From Amoebidium appalachense (Eukaryota > Protista > Ichthyosporea): 64,000 bases of DNA. The position numbers were made by a program, and so were the translations under genes. The stretch's first letter is position 1; each line of letters begins with the position of its first letter. Shown here in pieces: positions 62,137-64,000 of this stretch. Under the pieces are notes generated by a model that searched no databases, had not been told where the DNA came from, and saw nothing but the letters and a program-made list of their open reading frames with translations. The DNA lies in contig CAVNZM010000013.1 of assembly GCA_963693365.1 (NCBI GenBank), positions 5,632,640-5,696,639 on the forward strand, written 5' to 3'.

Positions 62137-63595
62137 ATGGCCTTGAAATCTCCGCCGATGTTTGCAGCAACCCCAAATGTTGTGATCCACAACACCGACC
62201 TGGGCGAGGTAATGGCTGCCACCTACACAAAGGATGGCGTCAAGCACATCTGGGAGCTGCTGGCCAGCAAAGGGTCCCTCGCCTTTCCCACCATCCTGCA
62301 GGCCGTGGCCTCTTCTGTGCCGCCCTCACCGACCAGCTGCCTGGTGCAGACTACACGGGCTACAGCAACGTGTGGGTGCGCAACAACATCCACGTTACCC
62401 ACGCCCACTTCGCCACCGGCCAACCGCAAAAGGCAGTGGCAGTGATTTCAGACATTGCAAAATTCTGGACCGCCCACCGCCATCGTTTTGTCGGCTGCAT
62501 TTCTGGACAAGCAGACACTAATGACGTGATGCAGCAGCCGCACATTCGCTTCAACAGCCACCACCTGAAGGAGAACACAGAGACGTGGTCGCACGCCCAA
62601 AACGACGCAGTGGGCTACTTCCTGTGGCTGACATGTGTCCTGGGTCGGGCCGGGCACATTGACTGCAGCGAGCCAGCAATGGCCGACCTACTTGCCCTCA
62701 TCCCCCTAGGCCTCTACCTGCACGCGGTGCGGTTTTGGGACGACAAAGACAACGGCCACTGCGAGGAGGCAAGAAAGGTCGAGGCCCCCAGTGTCGCTGC
62801 CGCCACTGCGGGCCTGCGTGAACGGCGCCGCTTGTTGGACGAATGCCCATCCACGGCACGTGCATTTCAGGCCGCTTACACTTCTGCCCTGTCCCACGCC
62901 CATGCACGTACGAGTACAGAATCTGATGTTGTTTTGGTTGAAAACGGGAGTGTTTTGGTGGCTGCATTGGAACAACGTGGGCAACAGACACTAAGTGCCA
63001 TTCGTGGGAGAGCAGAGACGCCGGACTGGAGAGACGCACAGACGGAGCCCTTCTGTTCCTGGTCTACCCCTTGCATGTGGTCCAGGGGGACATGGCACGG
63101 CAGATTGTGGAGGACGTCGTGAACATACTGGCGGGTGACCACGGGATAAGGCGCTACGTCGGCGATTCCTATTGGATGGCCGACTACAAGACACTATTCA
63201 GCGAAGAAAACCGCACGGCAGATTTCAGCGACAACATGGGGGCACGACATTGCATGCTGCGGCCGGGGGAGGAGGCACAGTGGTGCATATTCGACCCAAT
63301 CATCTCGGTCATATGTGGTATGTGGGCCCTAGAGGCAGCCAATCAGGAGAGAGAGGAGCTGGTCCGGCTGCAGACGGTTTTCTTTAACCGGTCTAGATCT
63401 GTGGGTCAGGTGACGGGTAGTGACTGTGTATTTGGCGCCTTTAAGTGCCCCGAGTCGTACTACATCGAGAAGGGTCGGTATATGGTGAATGACATTTGCC
63501 CCCTGCTGTGGACTCAGGCAAATCTGCTGCTGGCGCTGCATTTCATGCACACAGTGGCGGGAGAGGTGGCCAAGAGGAATGCAACAGCCGCTTAG
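62137..63595 (+). pseudogene. GH15-like hydrolase copy 2, disrupted
   Basis: Homologous to 38670-40115 but split over three ORFs: 2-nt insertion ~62297, ~4-nt deletion ~63000, several in-frame insertions, and conserved-motif changes VRDN to VRNN and GHWEE to GHCEE. Confidence 0.85.
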
Positions 63596-64000
63596 ATGAA
63601 TAAATGGGTGTCGGTCTCAGCTCTATGCATATAAGTGATTGTTTCTTTAATTTCAACTTTTAAAGAGTCCAGAGCACGTCAAACTCTCCCTTTATTAAAT
63701 AGAGCCATTCACGGTTGGAAAATTCATGCATGGAAGCGTTATGAGATTCGTATAATAAAATGATTAGGCTAGTATTTTCCGTAGCAGTAGGCCAGGGAAT
63801 GAATGCTTATGTTTTTATTATCCACAGCTACAGGTGTGCAGCATTTGGTCTTTTGTGGCCGGTTTTTTGAGAGGAAGTGTCTGGTGATCATACGGTTTTT
63901 ATTGGCATATGATCAGTGACCATATGCACGATATATGTATATGCAACTGTAAAGTTGCTGCCCATATATGGCCATGAAAAATTCAAGTAAATAAGTACAG

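Overview
Eukaryotic, intron-rich genomic DNA. Introns and intergenic regions are full of (GT/CA)n microsatellites and poly-G/poly-C tracts, so almost all short ORFs in the supplied track are spurious. It looks like a unicellular eukaryote; an ichthyosporean-like protist is only a guess. Splicing exons by hand (GT-AG, phase-consistent) gives five loci: (1) a secreted heme peroxidase with several frameshifts (4479-6724, +); (2) an ADP-ribosylation-themed cluster of a Cys/His-repeat protein with a CBM21-like C-terminus (13951-10092, -), a 17-exon canonical PARG (30451-16586, -) and, head-to-head with it, a PARP-fold ADP-ribosyltransferase carrying six copies of the same Cys/His repeat (31943-34728, +); (3) an intronless, divergently transcribed GH15-like hydrolase + SUT/SLC45-type sugar transporter pair (38670-42774); (4) an inverted second copy of that module (59621-63595) whose hydrolase is decaying through palindromic micro-insertions; (5) a probably N-myristoylated ankyrin-repeat gene between the two copies. 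Tourist-like MITEs, a 25-bp minisatellite and small duplications are also present. No CRISPR array or rRNA was seen. All family assignments are from recalled motifs, not database searches.
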